From positions 352,001 to 416,000 of the forward strand of contig CAVUKA010000003.1 in the NCBI GenBank assembly GCA_963741945.1: a stretch of 64,000 nucleotides of DNA, given 5' to 3'. A model generated the notes under the pieces. The model was given only the letters and a program-made list of their open reading frames with translations. It was not told the DNA's origin and made no database searches. A program made the translations under genes and the position numbers. Below, one piece after another: positions 43,244 to 52,473 of this stretch (positions within the stretch are counted from its first letter, which is position 1; each line of letters begins with the position of its first letter). The DNA is from an uncultured Gemmatimonadales bacterium. Its GTDB lineage: Bacteria > Gemmatimonadota > Gemmatimonadetes > Longimicrobiales > RSA9.

Positions 43244-43690
43244 ATGATAACATCTCCGGAGCCCCAGGAAACCGACGCGCGGTTGCGAGCCGCGCTCGAA
43301 GCGAATGGCCAGCGTTTCACGGAACAGCGGGCCGCGGTGTACCGGTATCTGCGGAGCACGGACCGACATCCGTCCGCAGACGCGGTGTTCACGGCGGTGC
43401 GCCAGGTGATCGCGGACATCTCGCTGGCCACGGTCTACAAGTCGCTGGAAACACTCGTGAGCTGCGGGCTCGCCAGCAAGCTGACGTACGGCGATGGCTC
43501 GGCGCGGTATGATGGCCGCACCGACCCGCATCCGCATGCCCGGTGTCTGTCGTGTGGCCAGGTGCGTGACCTGCCTGGTCATCTCGATCCGGGTTCGGTG
43601 GACGGCCTGGGCGACCTGCCGGGGTTCGAAGTCGAGAGCTATCGAGTGGAAGTGGTCGGCATCTGCGCGGAGTGCGGCCAGCCGGCCTGA
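43244..43690 (+). CDS. Fur-family transcriptional regulator (PerR-like)
   Basis: FTEQR, HPSAD, SLATVYKSL, HPHARCLSCG, CAEC. Confidence 0.94.
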   Translation: MITSPEPQETDARLRAALEANGQRFTEQRAAVYRYLRSTDRHPSADAVFTAVRQVIADISLATVYKSLETLVSCGLASKLTYGDGSARYDGRTDPHPHARCLSCGQVRDLPGHLDPGSVDGLGDLPGFEVESYRVEVVGICAECGQPA

Positions 43691-44111
43691 GTCCCCCCGG
43701 CCCGTCCCGGGCAACCGGGCCCTCCTGCGTCCCCCGGGCGCTGCCCCCCCCGCACTCCCCCGTCACGATCGAAGTCACCCCCCCTCGTGGCGCAGCACGC
43801 CCGGAAATGTCCCCTTCGGACGGTTCCAGCAGGGTGGCGTCCAAACCACGCATGCGTCGGCCTGCGCACGCGCGCGTAGACGTGCATCGACGAGTGAAGC
43901 TGCGCGGCCATCCGTACCGCGCACGGGGCGGCGCGCGTCCTGCTGCATGGCAAGGCCGGGCGGTCAGCGTGCCCGGGGGCGGGCGTGGTGCCAGGCGCCT
44001 GTTGTTTCCATTTCGCGCCACGGCGTGCACGAAATCATCTTGGAATTGGAGACACGTTCACCTCAACGTGCAATTTGTCTGGTTGTCATGTGACAGGATG
44101 GTTGGATGCGC

Positions 44112-44140
44112 TTGACACGGACGGGAGCGGGTGGTATCTA
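44112..44140 (+). promoter_or_regulatory. Candidate sigma70 promoter of glnA
   Basis: TTGACA-17bp-TATCTA with TGn extension. Confidence 0.5.
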
Positions 44141-44179
44141 CGGTCGTCGTCCACGCACACCCGCACAACGAGGCCGCCG

Positions 44180-45625
44180 ATGGCGCACGGGAGATCCGGG
44201 AAAACGAGCACGATCGAAGGGATGAGCCAGGTCAAGAACGAGCTGGTACCGGACCACAAGGTCCGGCCGATGCCGGAGGCGGAGACGCGCCGGACCACGG
44301 GCGCGACGAAGGGTGACGTGATGGGGATGATGGAGCGGACGGGGGTGCGCTTCCTCCGGCTCCAGTTCACGGACATCACGGGTGCGGTGAAGAACGTAGA
44401 GATCCCGGAGAGCCAGTTCGAGAAGGCACTGGACGGGGACATCATGTTCGACGGCTCATCGATCGAAGGATTCGTGCGGATCGAGGAGTCGGACATGATT
44501 CTGAAGCCGGACTTCGACACGTTCGCGATCTATCCATGGGGTGACCCGGAGAACCGGGTCGGGCGTCTGATCTGCGATGTGTACACGGCCGACGAGAAGC
44601 CGTTCGCAGGGGATCCTCGTCACGTTCTGAAGCGGCAGATCGCGACGGCGGCGGAGATGGGGTACAGCCTGATGGCGGGTGTGGAGGCGGAGTTCTTCCT
44701 GTTCCATCGGACGGAGGACGGCGCGCCGACGCGTCGGACGCACGACGCGGGCGGCTATTTCGACCTGGGGCCGGTGGACCTGGGTGAGATCGCGCGTCGG
44801 GACATGGTGAACATGCTGACGGCGATGGGCTTCGAGGTGGAGGCGGCGCATCACGAAGTGGCGCAGGGGCAGCACGAGATCGATTTCAAGTACGAGGACG
44901 CGCTGACGACGGCGGACCACCTGTCGACATTCAAGTTCGTGGTGCGGAACATCGCGGTGCGGCACGGGCTGCACGCCACGTTCATGCCGAAGCCGATCTT
45001 CGGGCAGAACGGATCGGGGATGCACACGCACCAGAGCCTGTTCGCGGATGGGCGGAACGCATTCTACGATCCGTCGCGCGACCAAGGCCTGTCGGACGTG
45101 ATGCGCCATTACGTGGGTGGGGTCCTGAAGCACGCGCGCTCCTTCTGCGCGGTGACGAACCCGCTGGTGAACAGCTACAAGCGGCTGGTCCCCGGGTACG
45201 AGGCGCCGGTGAACGTGGCATGGTCGCATCACAATCGCTCGCCGATGGTGCGGGTGCCGGCGAGGCGTGGAAAAGGCACGCGCATGGAGCTGCGGATGCC
45301 CGATCCTTCGGCGAACCCGTACCTGGCGCTGGCCGTGCAGCTGGCGGCGGGGCTGGACGGGATCCGGAGCGGGATCGAGCCGCCGGAGCCTGTGGACAAG
45401 AACATCTTCGAGCTGACCGTCCGTGAGCGGCGGCGGTTCAAGATCCAGGAGCTGCCGAAGGACCTGGGCGAGGCGGTGCGGGAGTTCCGGAAGAGCAAGC
45501 TGATGAAGGAGACACTGGGCGAGCACGTCTTCCAGCACTTCATCACGGCGAAGGAGCACGAGTGGGCGGACTACATCGCGCAGGTGCACGAATGGGAGAT
45601 CGACCGATACCTGGCGGCGTACTAG
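44180..45625 (+). CDS. glnA: Type I glutamine synthetase (GSI-alpha-like)
   Basis: FDGSSIEGF, HHEVAQGQHEI, ATFMPKP, NGSGMH, NSYKRLVPGYEAP. Start may be 44222. Confidence 0.98.
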   Translation: MAHGRSGKTSTIEGMSQVKNELVPDHKVRPMPEAETRRTTGATKGDVMGMMERTGVRFLRLQFTDITGAVKNVEIPESQFEKALDGDIMFDGSSIEGFVRIEESDMILKPDFDTFAIYPWGDPENRVGRLICDVYTADEKPFAGDPRHVLKRQIATAAEMGYSLMAGVEAEFFLFHRTEDGAPTRRTHDAGGYFDLGPVDLGEIARRDMVNMLTAMGFEVEAAHHEVAQGQHEIDFKYEDALTTADHLSTFKFVVRNIAVRHGLHATFMPKPIFGQNGSGMHTHQSLFADGRNAFYDPSRDQGLSDVMRHYVGGVLKHARSFCAVTNPLVNSYKRLVPGYEAPVNVAWSHHNRSPMVRVPARRGKGTRMELRMPDPSANPYLALAVQLAAGLDGIRSGIEPPEPVDKNIFELTVRERRRFKIQELPKDLGEAVREFRKSKLMKETLGEHVFQHFITAKEHEWADYIAQVHEWEIDRYLAAY

Positions 45626-45647
45626 GGGTCTGATTCCTGACCGATCC

Positions 45648-45685
45648 AAGGGGGTCGCGGGTGCAGTATGCGCTCGCGACCCCTT
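45648..45685. terminator. Hairpin between convergent glnA and kinase gene
   Basis: AAGGGGGTCGCGGGTGCA-GTA-TGCGCTCGCGACCCCTT. Confidence 0.65.
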
Positions 45686-45691
45686 CCCGGT

Positions 45692-46838
45692 TCAGGGTCC
45701 GGCGGCCGCCTCCTCGATCCCGGCGCCCTTCTCCAGCCGCCGGGGCACGGAAATGCGGACGCGCGACCCGCGGTCCGCGGGCTCGAATGTGACGCGGCCG
45801 CCCAGCTCCGTCTCCACCAGGGCGCGGAGAACCGACTGCTCCATCTCGAGCGTCTCGCGGGCCTTCTCATCGCTTGAGGTGTAGGGCACGCCGTCGTCGG
45901 CCACCACGATCTCGATGCGCTCCGGCTCGGCCACGAAGGATGCGGCGATCTGTCCGGCCCGCCCGTTGGGGAAAGCGTGGCGGAAAGCAATGGAGCCGAC
46001 CTCGTTGACCGCGAGGGCGAGGGCGAATCCGAAGCGCTCAGGGATGGTAGCGTCCTCGCCGGAGACGGAGATCGTGATATCGGCTTCCGGGCGAAGCGTG
46101 TTCTTCAGGCGCTGCAGGATGCGGTCGGTGATGTCCCGCATCTCGACGCCGCGGTAATTGGTCCGGCGAAATCCTTCGTAGGCCATGAGGAAGGAGCGAA
46201 GCCGGTTCTCGAGGGAGAGGATGGCTTCGCTGGCAGATCGCCCGGAGTCGCGGGTCCGTTCGAGCGTGACGAGGCCCATGATGATCGAGAGATTGTTGCG
46301 GACGCGGTGGTCGAGCTCGCGCAGGAGGGCGGCGCGGTCTTCCGAGTCGCGTCTGGCCTGCTCGTAGAGGCGGTAGTTCTGCTCCGCCAGGTCGGAGGCC
46401 TGCTGCGTGGCATGCTGGAGGGCGCGCTCGGCACGGTGCGCACGGAGCCGCGAATCGATGCGCGCTCGCAACTCCGCCACCTGGAACGGCTTGGCCACGT
46501 AGTCATCGGCGCCGGCGTCGAAGGTGCGGACCACATCCTCGGGCAGCGGTCCGGGCAGTGACCATGATGATGGGGAGCAGGGGATCGATCCGCTCCTTGA
46601 TCTCGCGGCAGATACTCCATCCATCGGTGCCCGGGAGCATGGCGTCGAGGAGGATGAGGTCGGCCTGGTGCAGGCGATCGAACGCTTCCTCGGCATTGGC
46701 GGCGGAGATGACGCCATAGCCGTGCGCCTCGAGCAGATCGGAAAGCGTCTCGCGGGCGAGAGGCTCGTCATCCACCACCAGGATGGTGGGCGGCCCTTCC
46801 ACGGCCGATGTTCCCGGAAGAGGGGCGGAGCGGTTCAT
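45692..46838 (-). pseudogene. Receiver + HisKA_2 histidine kinase split by a +1 frameshift (pseudogene or sequence error)
   Basis: REC N-half (ILVVDDE...LLDAMLP...IIMVTART) is in one frame; PEDVVRTFDAGADDYVAKPF and ELDHRVRNNL are in another. Span is 1147 nt = 3n+1; junction near 46545. Confidence 0.85.
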
Positions 46839-46881
46839 CGTCCCGCTCGCCCATACAGGCGCTGCAACGGCCACGTCCCCG

Positions 46882-47472
46882 TCAATCCCGCTGCAGGAGC
46901 GGAGCGGCGAGCAGGATCTTGCGAGCGAGATCGATCATGGGCGTGTTCTTGTCCTGACTCGTCTTCTGAAGGAATCGATACGCATCCTGCTCGGACATCT
47001 TGCGCGTCTCCATGAGGATTCCCTTGGCGCGCTCGAGCACCTTCCTCTCTTCGAGCTTGTTGGCGAGCGTGTCCCGTTCCTGGCGCGCTCGCATCCACTC
47101 GTCGAAGCGGGCTTTGGCCACGGAGATGGCGGGCGCCAGGTCATCGGGGTCCACCGGCTTGACCAGGTAGTGGAAGATCGGAGAACGGGTGGCGTCGTCC
47201 ACCGTCCGGGTGTCGCTGTAGGCGGAGAGGATGATGATCGGGAGCGGCCGCTCTGCGTGGATCTTCAGCGCCGCCTCGGGGCCGGTCATCACGGGCATGC
47301 GGATGTCCAGGATGGCCATGTCGGGGTGCTTGTCCCGGGCAAGGTTCACGGCCTCCTGGCCGTTGGCAGCCGTGGCTACGACCTCGTGACCGAGCGCCTC
47401 GAGCTGACTGGTCAGCGCAAGGTTGTGCAAGGCCTCGTCGTCCGCGATCAGGAAGCGAAGAGACTGCGCCAT
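46882..47472 (-). CDS. REC-ANTAR response regulator (PdtaR/EutV-like)
   Basis: IADDE, ILDIRMP, YLVKP, ERKVLERAKGILM...SEQDAYRFLQKTS. Confidence 0.95.
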   Translation of the reverse strand: MAQSLRFLIADDEALHNLALTSQLEALGHEVVATAANGQEAVNLARDKHPDMAILDIRMPVMTGPEAALKIHAERPLPIIILSAYSDTRTVDDATRSPIFHYLVKPVDPDDLAPAISVAKARFDEWMRARQERDTLANKLEERKVLERAKGILMETRKMSEQDAYRFLQKTSQDKNTPMIDLARKILLAAPLLQRD

Positions 47473-47520
47473 GGATTAGGACTCCGTAAAGGGAACGTGC
47501 CAGGAGGACGCGTCTGCGAC

Positions 47521-47562
47521 AAAAAAAAACGCGGCCCATCTCCACCTCGGAGGGGGCACGCG
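47521..47562 (-). terminator. Intrinsic terminator/attenuator upstream of the ANTAR gene
   Basis: Minus strand CGCGTGCCCCCTCC-GAGGT-GGAGATGGGCCGCG followed by T9. Confidence 0.8.
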
Positions 47563-47638
47563 ACACCCGTTCGTTCTGTTCTCTCGGCCACGACCAAGTT
47601 GCCGACACCGGCGCGGTGACGCAAGAGGAGACGCGGCA

Positions 47639-48016
47639 TCAGCTCTCCAGTACGACGAAGGCGCCCGCCACCTCGTCCGCATGGCTGAGGCTCACGTGGA
47701 CCCGGGCCGCGCCGGCCATGCGTGCCGCGACGGCCGCGCGGCCGTGCAGCGCCAGCGAGGGGGCGCCGCGCGGGTCGTGCTCCACTTCCACATCGCGCCA
47801 CCGACCGCCCCGCCCCCAGCCGGTGCCGACCGCCTTGAAGAACGCTTCCCTGGCGGCGAAGCGAACGGCGAGGAAAGGCGCGGGGTCCGGCTGGCGGAGA
47901 CAGTAGGCCAGCTCCGCCTCCGTGAACAGGCGGCGCAGCCCACGCTCGCCGTGCCGTTCCCGGAAGCGGCGCAGTCGATCGATGGAGACGAGGTCCATAC
48001 CGGTACCGACGATCAT
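47639..48016 (-). CDS. acpS: Holo-ACP synthase
   Basis: MIVGTGMDLV, RFAAREAFFKA.GTG, HVSLSH. Confidence 0.95.
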   Translation of the reverse strand: MIVGTGMDLVSIDRLRRFRERHGERGLRRLFTEAELAYCLRQPDPAPFLAVRFAAREAFFKAVGTGWGRGGRWRDVEVEHDPRGAPSLALHGRAAVAARMAGAARVHVSLSHADEVAGAFVVLES

Positions 48017-48166
48017 CGCGACGCAATATATTCCTCTGGTGCGCGAACCGCGACGTGGCGCCGAGAAGCCGCTGTGGTCTCGTCCTTGCACTTTTCCCTG
48101 TTACTGCACAATTCCTTCGTTCGCGTTGCCGCGACCGCAGCCAATGCTCATGGACATCACCACGGC

Positions 48167-50053
48167 ATGACCAAACGCCTCGTCCTTCTCCTGGCCGCCG
48201 CGTTGGCGGCGATGCCCGCCACCAGCGCGCTGAGCGCCCGGCCCGTTCCCGCGCCGCCCGAGGGGCGATCCGTCGGGGCGTCACCGAACGCGGCGGTTCC
48301 CGCGGAAGGCGCGGCGCTCTCGCTGTCCCGCGACGTCCACCGCGCGGTCGCGTCACCCGGCTGGCGTGGAGATCTATGGGGCGTGGTCGTGGTTTCGCTG
48401 GATGCCGGGGACACGCTGGTTGCGTACGAGCCCACGCGGGAGCTCGAGCCCGCTTCCAACCTGAAGCTGTTCACCACAGCCGCCGCGCTGCACTATCTGG
48501 GGTCCCAGTACCGTTACGCCACGTACCTGGCCGGTACGGGCCCGATCCGCGGGGGTGTGCTGGAGGGGGACCTGGTCCTGTACGGGACGGGCGACCCGAC
48601 GCCCTCGGGGAAGTTCTACGAGCCGGAGCAGGGCGCGTACGAGGCGCTGGCGGACTCGATCGCGGCCATGGGCGTGCGGCGGATCGCGGGAGACGTGGTG
48701 GGCGACGCGTCGTACTTCGAGGGCCAGCCGGTGGGCAGCGGGTGGGAGATGCGGTATGTCACCCACACGTACGCGGCGCAGGGGAGCGCGCTCTCGTACA
48801 ACGACAACGTGGCCACGCTCCGCGTCCGGCCGGCGGACAGCGTGGGCGCGCCACCGCAGGTGACGGTGCTGCCGGCGGGCGCCATCCAGATGGTGAACGA
48901 GGCCCGCACGGTGGCGTCCGGGCGCTCGTGGATCGAGGTGGAGCGGTCGGGCTATGACGCGCCGATCGTCGTACGCGGTCAGATCCAGCGGGGCAATTCC
49001 GGGCTCTGGCGTGCCGTGCCCGTGGTGGACCCGGCGCGCTTCGCCGCGTCGGTGATGCGGGATCTCCTGGCCGAGCGGGGGATCACGGTGGTCGGGTCGG
49101 TGCGCGCGGTGCACGACGCAGCGCGATCGCCGATCACAGCGACGCGCGTTTTCGCCCCCGCGCTCGAGGGCGGCCCCGCCATTCAGGTTCTGGCGGTGCA
49201 TCATTCGCCCCCGCTGATCGACATCATCCGTGTGATCAATCAGCGCAGCCACAACGTTTACGCGGAAGCGGTCCTGCGCACGGTCGGTCGGGTGACCACC
49301 GGGAGCGGATCGGTGGACGGAGGCCAGCGCGCGGTGGACGCGATGCTGAAGCAGGTGGGAGGCGGGGCGGCCTCCATGGTGCACATGGACGACGGCTCCG
49401 GGCTCTCTCCGCTGAACCGGGTGACCCCGATGGCGGTCGCCGACCTCCTCATGTTCGTGGCCCGGTCGCCGTACTTCGACGACTTCCTGACGACGCTGCC
49501 CGAAGCCGCCCACTCCCGCGGTCTGCGTCGCATGCAGCACACGCCGGCCGCGGGCAACCTGCGGGCGAAGACGGGGACGATCGAGCACGTCTCCGCCCTG
49601 TCCGGCTACGTCCGGGCGAAGAACGGCGAGCGTCTGGTGTTCTCGATCATCAGCAACGGCGTGCCATCCACGTGGAAAGCGAAGCGGATCGAAGACCGGA
49701 TCGGCGCGCGGCTGGCGGCGTTCGACCGCCCCGTCCCCGTGCACCGCCCGATGGCCGCGGCCCCCATGCCGAACCGCGCGTCCGATTCGGTGCCGGCCCT
49801 GGCGAACCCGGCTCCCGCGGAAGTCGCGGCGGCCGGCGCTGCGCCCGACACGGCGGCGCGGATATCCGCGAGCGCGGCTGCCGAGAGCGCGTCGCGGCCT
49901 GTCACCTACACGATCCAGTCCGGCGACACGCTGGACGGGATCGCGAAACGCTACGACACCTCCGTGGCCGCGCTGCGAAACGCGAACCCGGGCGTGAACC
50001 CGAGGCGACTGATCCCGGGCAGGACGATCAGGCTCCCGTCCACCCTCGACTGA
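48167..50053 (+). CDS. dacB: D-Ala-D-Ala carboxypeptidase/endopeptidase (S13, PBP4) with C-terminal LysM
   Basis: PASNLK (SxxK), SHN, DGSGLS, KTGT; YTIQSGDTLDGIA LysM. Confidence 0.93.
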   Translation: MTKRLVLLLAAALAAMPATSALSARPVPAPPEGRSVGASPNAAVPAEGAALSLSRDVHRAVASPGWRGDLWGVVVVSLDAGDTLVAYEPTRELEPASNLKLFTTAAALHYLGSQYRYATYLAGTGPIRGGVLEGDLVLYGTGDPTPSGKFYEPEQGAYEALADSIAAMGVRRIAGDVVGDASYFEGQPVGSGWEMRYVTHTYAAQGSALSYNDNVATLRVRPADSVGAPPQVTVLPAGAIQMVNEARTVASGRSWIEVERSGYDAPIVVRGQIQRGNSGLWRAVPVVDPARFAASVMRDLLAERGITVVGSVRAVHDAARSPITATRVFAPALEGGPAIQVLAVHHSPPLIDIIRVINQRSHNVYAEAVLRTVGRVTTGSGSVDGGQRAVDAMLKQVGGGAASMVHMDDGSGLSPLNRVTPMAVADLLMFVARSPYFDDFLTTLPEAAHSRGLRRMQHTPAAGNLRAKTGTIEHVSALSGYVRAKNGERLVFSIISNGVPSTWKAKRIEDRIGARLAAFDRPVPVHRPMAAAPMPNRASDSVPALANPAPAEVAAAGAAPDTAARISASAAAESASRPVTYTIQSGDTLDGIAKRYDTSVAALRNANPGVNPRRLIPGRTIRLPSTLD

Positions 50054-50086
50054 ACACGGCGCGTCCTCGCGGCCCTGCGCGCGCGC

Positions 50087-51136
50087 TCATCCAGACAGGA
50101 GCCGACGGGCGGAGTGGTACGCGCCGCGCAGGAAGTGCTCGACGTCGCCATCCCCGTTCAGATCGTTCACGTCCACGCCCCCATTGCTGGCGGATGCGTG
50201 GATGATGCGACCTGCGCCGAGGGACAGGGCCACGTGGTTGACGCGCCGCCGCTCGGCGAAAAACACGAGGTCGCCCGGCCGCAGCGCCCGCCAGTCGTCG
50301 CCCGGGACCACGCCGTCCCCCACGCCCGCCTGCATGTCCGAGTCCCGGGGCAGCGCGAGCCCGTGCAACCGGAAGATGGACTGCACGAAGCCCGAACAAT
50401 CCACGCCGTGCGGCGTCACCCCGCCCCACAGGTATGGCGCGCCGAGCCACCGTCTGGCGGTGCGGGTCACGCGTTCTCCCACCGGCGGGAACAGTTCCGG
50501 CAGCGCGCGCGCGGCGACCAGCTCCCCTTCCCCGACCCGGCCATCGCGCCCGTCCGGAAGCCTGATCCGGTCCGGCCCGAGCCGAAGCAGGCGCGCGCCC
50601 CAGGGCAGGCGAGCGAAGGCGACGCCATGCCGATCGAGCAGAACGGCGCCGAGAGAGACCACGGGCTCGCCGCCCACTCCCGTCTCCCAGGCAAGGGCGC
50701 GCTCCGTCGCGGTCCGCACGAGGTACCCCTGATGGACCCAGCCCACGTGCCGGTCCTGGCCGCGGATGCGCCAGAAGCGTCCCCGGCGCGAGAGCAGCGT
50801 GACGCGGCTTCCCAGCACCTGCTGCGTGAGCTGCGTCGAGTTCATGGTGGGGCGGCGATAGACGGGTGCAATGGGAGCGCGGACCAGCGCATCGCCGCGG
50901 GGGGCCAGTGCGGCATCGGGAAGCGCGCGGACGCGGACATCGGCCTCGACGCCATGCGCGCGGAGCCGCTGTCGTAGCCTGTCCGCGGCGGCGGGCACCG
51001 TGGTGGCGACGTCGGCGTGGACACCGTCACCGTCGCGGCGGGTGCGGACCTCGAAGACGTCCACCCTCGGGTCCGGCACCAGCTCGGCCCGCACTTCGCG
51101 AGCCGCTCGCCTGAGCCGCGCGACCGCATCTTCCAC
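50087..51136 (-). CDS. SH3 + NlpC/P60 (C40) peptidase, YkfC-like
   Basis: PYLWGG, DCSGFV, LPRDS, PGDLVFF, HVAL, IIHAS; no signal peptide. Confidence 0.92.
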   Translation of the reverse strand: MEDAVARLRRAAREVRAELVPDPRVDVFEVRTRRDGDGVHADVATTVPAAADRLRQRLRAHGVEADVRVRALPDAALAPRGDALVRAPIAPVYRRPTMNSTQLTQQVLGSRVTLLSRRGRFWRIRGQDRHVGWVHQGYLVRTATERALAWETGVGGEPVVSLGAVLLDRHGVAFARLPWGARLLRLGPDRIRLPDGRDGRVGEGELVAARALPELFPPVGERVTRTARRWLGAPYLWGGVTPHGVDCSGFVQSIFRLHGLALPRDSDMQAGVGDGVVPGDDWRALRPGDLVFFAERRRVNHVALSLGAGRIIHASASNGGVDVNDLNGDGDVEHFLRGAYHSARRLLSG

Positions 51137-51144
51137 GGCGGGCG

Positions 51145-51462
51145 CTATCCGGCGACCGTGCCGCCTTTCGTGCCGGGGCCTCCGGCCTTCCAGCGACCGA
51201 ACGGGGTGCGTTCGACGCCGGGCGGCTCGTGTCGCCGGGCGGCCATGCGCAGGCGCCGGCGCAGCTCGAACTCCGACATGGAGCGGATGCTGCGCTCGGC
51301 CGTCATCCGATTCTGCCAGCGGACTTCCGGGAGCATGAGCCGGCGGGCGTCCCCTTCCGCCGGGTGCAGCACCAGGTACCAGCGGCCGTGATGGCGCGGG
51401 GTATCCTCTTCGTACGCGGTGGCGACCCAGTCGCGTCCGTCCTCACCAGTGAAATTCTTCAT
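51145..51462 (-). CDS. Small hypothetical protein (105 aa)
   Basis: MKNFTGEDGRDWVA...SMSEFELRRRL; ATGA overlap with the upstream gene. Confidence 0.7.
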   Translation of the reverse strand: MKNFTGEDGRDWVATAYEEDTPRHHGRWYLVLHPAEGDARRLMLPEVRWQNRMTAERSIRSMSEFELRRRLRMAARRHEPPGVERTPFGRWKAGGPGTKGGTVAG

Positions 51463-51689
51463 GCCAGTCTCTTCGGCTCCGATCGTTCGAACAGGTCGGC
51501 CATCTCGTCGTCCGACAGCGCGTCCAGCTCCCGCCCCGCCTCGCCGCTGGAATCGCCGGCCAGCGGGGTCTGGCGCGGCGGGTGATGGTTCCCGGGCGCC
51601 GGCGCGAAGATGGCGTAGAGCGCGCCGAACGACTCCCGCCCCACCACCACGTCCCATGCGCGACCTTCGGAATCCGTGTATCGGCGCAC
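51459..51689 (-). CDS. Small hypothetical protein (76 aa)
   Basis: GTG start 4 nt after the fabI stop; MRRYTDSEGRAWDV...ALSDDEMADLF. Confidence 0.7.
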   Translation of the reverse strand: MRRYTDSEGRAWDVVVGRESFGALYAIFAPAPGNHHPPRQTPLAGDSSGEAGRELDALSDDEMADLFERSEPKRLA

Positions 51690-51693
51690 CGGC

Positions 51694-52464
51694 TCAGTAC
51701 CCCAGGATGTTGTAGCCCGAATCCACGTGCAGGACCTCGCCCGTGATCCCGCCCGCGGCGTCGGAGAGGAGGAACAGGGCAGCCCGTCCGACGTCGTCCT
51801 GCGACACGTTCCGGCGCAGCGGCGCGCGCTCCTCGACCACGCTGAGGATGTTGCGGAAGTCGCGGACACCGGACGCGGCCAGCGTCTTGATGGGTCCGGC
51901 GCTGACGGCGTTCACGCGGATCCCTTCCGGGCCGAGGTCGGCGGCAAGGTAGCGGACGGACGCCTCGAGCGCCGCCTTCGCCACGCCCATGACGTTGTAG
52001 TTCTCCACGACCTTCTCGGCGCCGTAATAGGTCATGGTGATGATGCTTCCGCCGCCGGCCATGAGCGACCGGGCCTCGCGCGCCAGGTGGACGAGGGAGA
52101 AAGCGCTGATCTCCAGGGCCATGAGGAAGCCGTCGCGGCTGGTTTCGGAGAACCGACCGTTCAGGTCGTCGCGGTTGGCGAAGGCCACCGAATGGACGAG
52201 GATGTCCAGGCCGCCCCATTGCTCGCGGATGCGGTCGAATGTCTCGCGGACCTGGTCATCGCTGGTCACGTCGCACGGCAGGACGAGCTCGGCGTCCAGG
52301 CTCTCGGCGAGCGGCCGTACGCGCTTCTCGAGCGCGCTGCCGAGAAAATTGAACCCCAGCCTCGCCCCCTCACGGTGCAGGGCCTGACTGATGGCCCAGG
52401 CGATGCTGCGGTCGTTGGCGACACCGAACACCATCGCCCGCTTCCCTTCCATGGAACCCGCCAT
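51694..52464 (-). CDS. fabI: Enoyl-ACP reductase
   Basis: [31 protein letters not shown]. Confidence 0.97.
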   Translation of the reverse strand: MAGSMEGKRAMVFGVANDRSIAWAISQALHREGARLGFNFLGSALEKRVRPLAESLDAELVLPCDVTSDDQVRETFDRIREQWGGLDILVHSVAFANRDDLNGRFSETSRDGFLMALEISAFSLVHLAREARSLMAGGGSIITMTYYGAEKVVENYNVMGVAKAALEASVRYLAADLGPEGIRVNAVSAGPIKTLAASGVRDFRNILSVVEERAPLRRNVSQDDVGRAALFLLSDAAGGITGEVLHVDSGYNILGY

Positions 52465-52473
52465 CCGTCCTCC

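Noticed and set aside
44141..44224. Glutamine (glnA) riboswitch or ANTAR target in the glnA leader
   Set aside because: CGTCC/GGATG could pair and GAAG is present, but the GGAAGUA E-loop is missing; no A1/G4 hexaloop with a 3-bp stem was found
47486..47502. Sigma54 promoter before the ANTAR gene (TGGCACG on the minus strand)
   Set aside because: No GC at the -12 position with the required spacing
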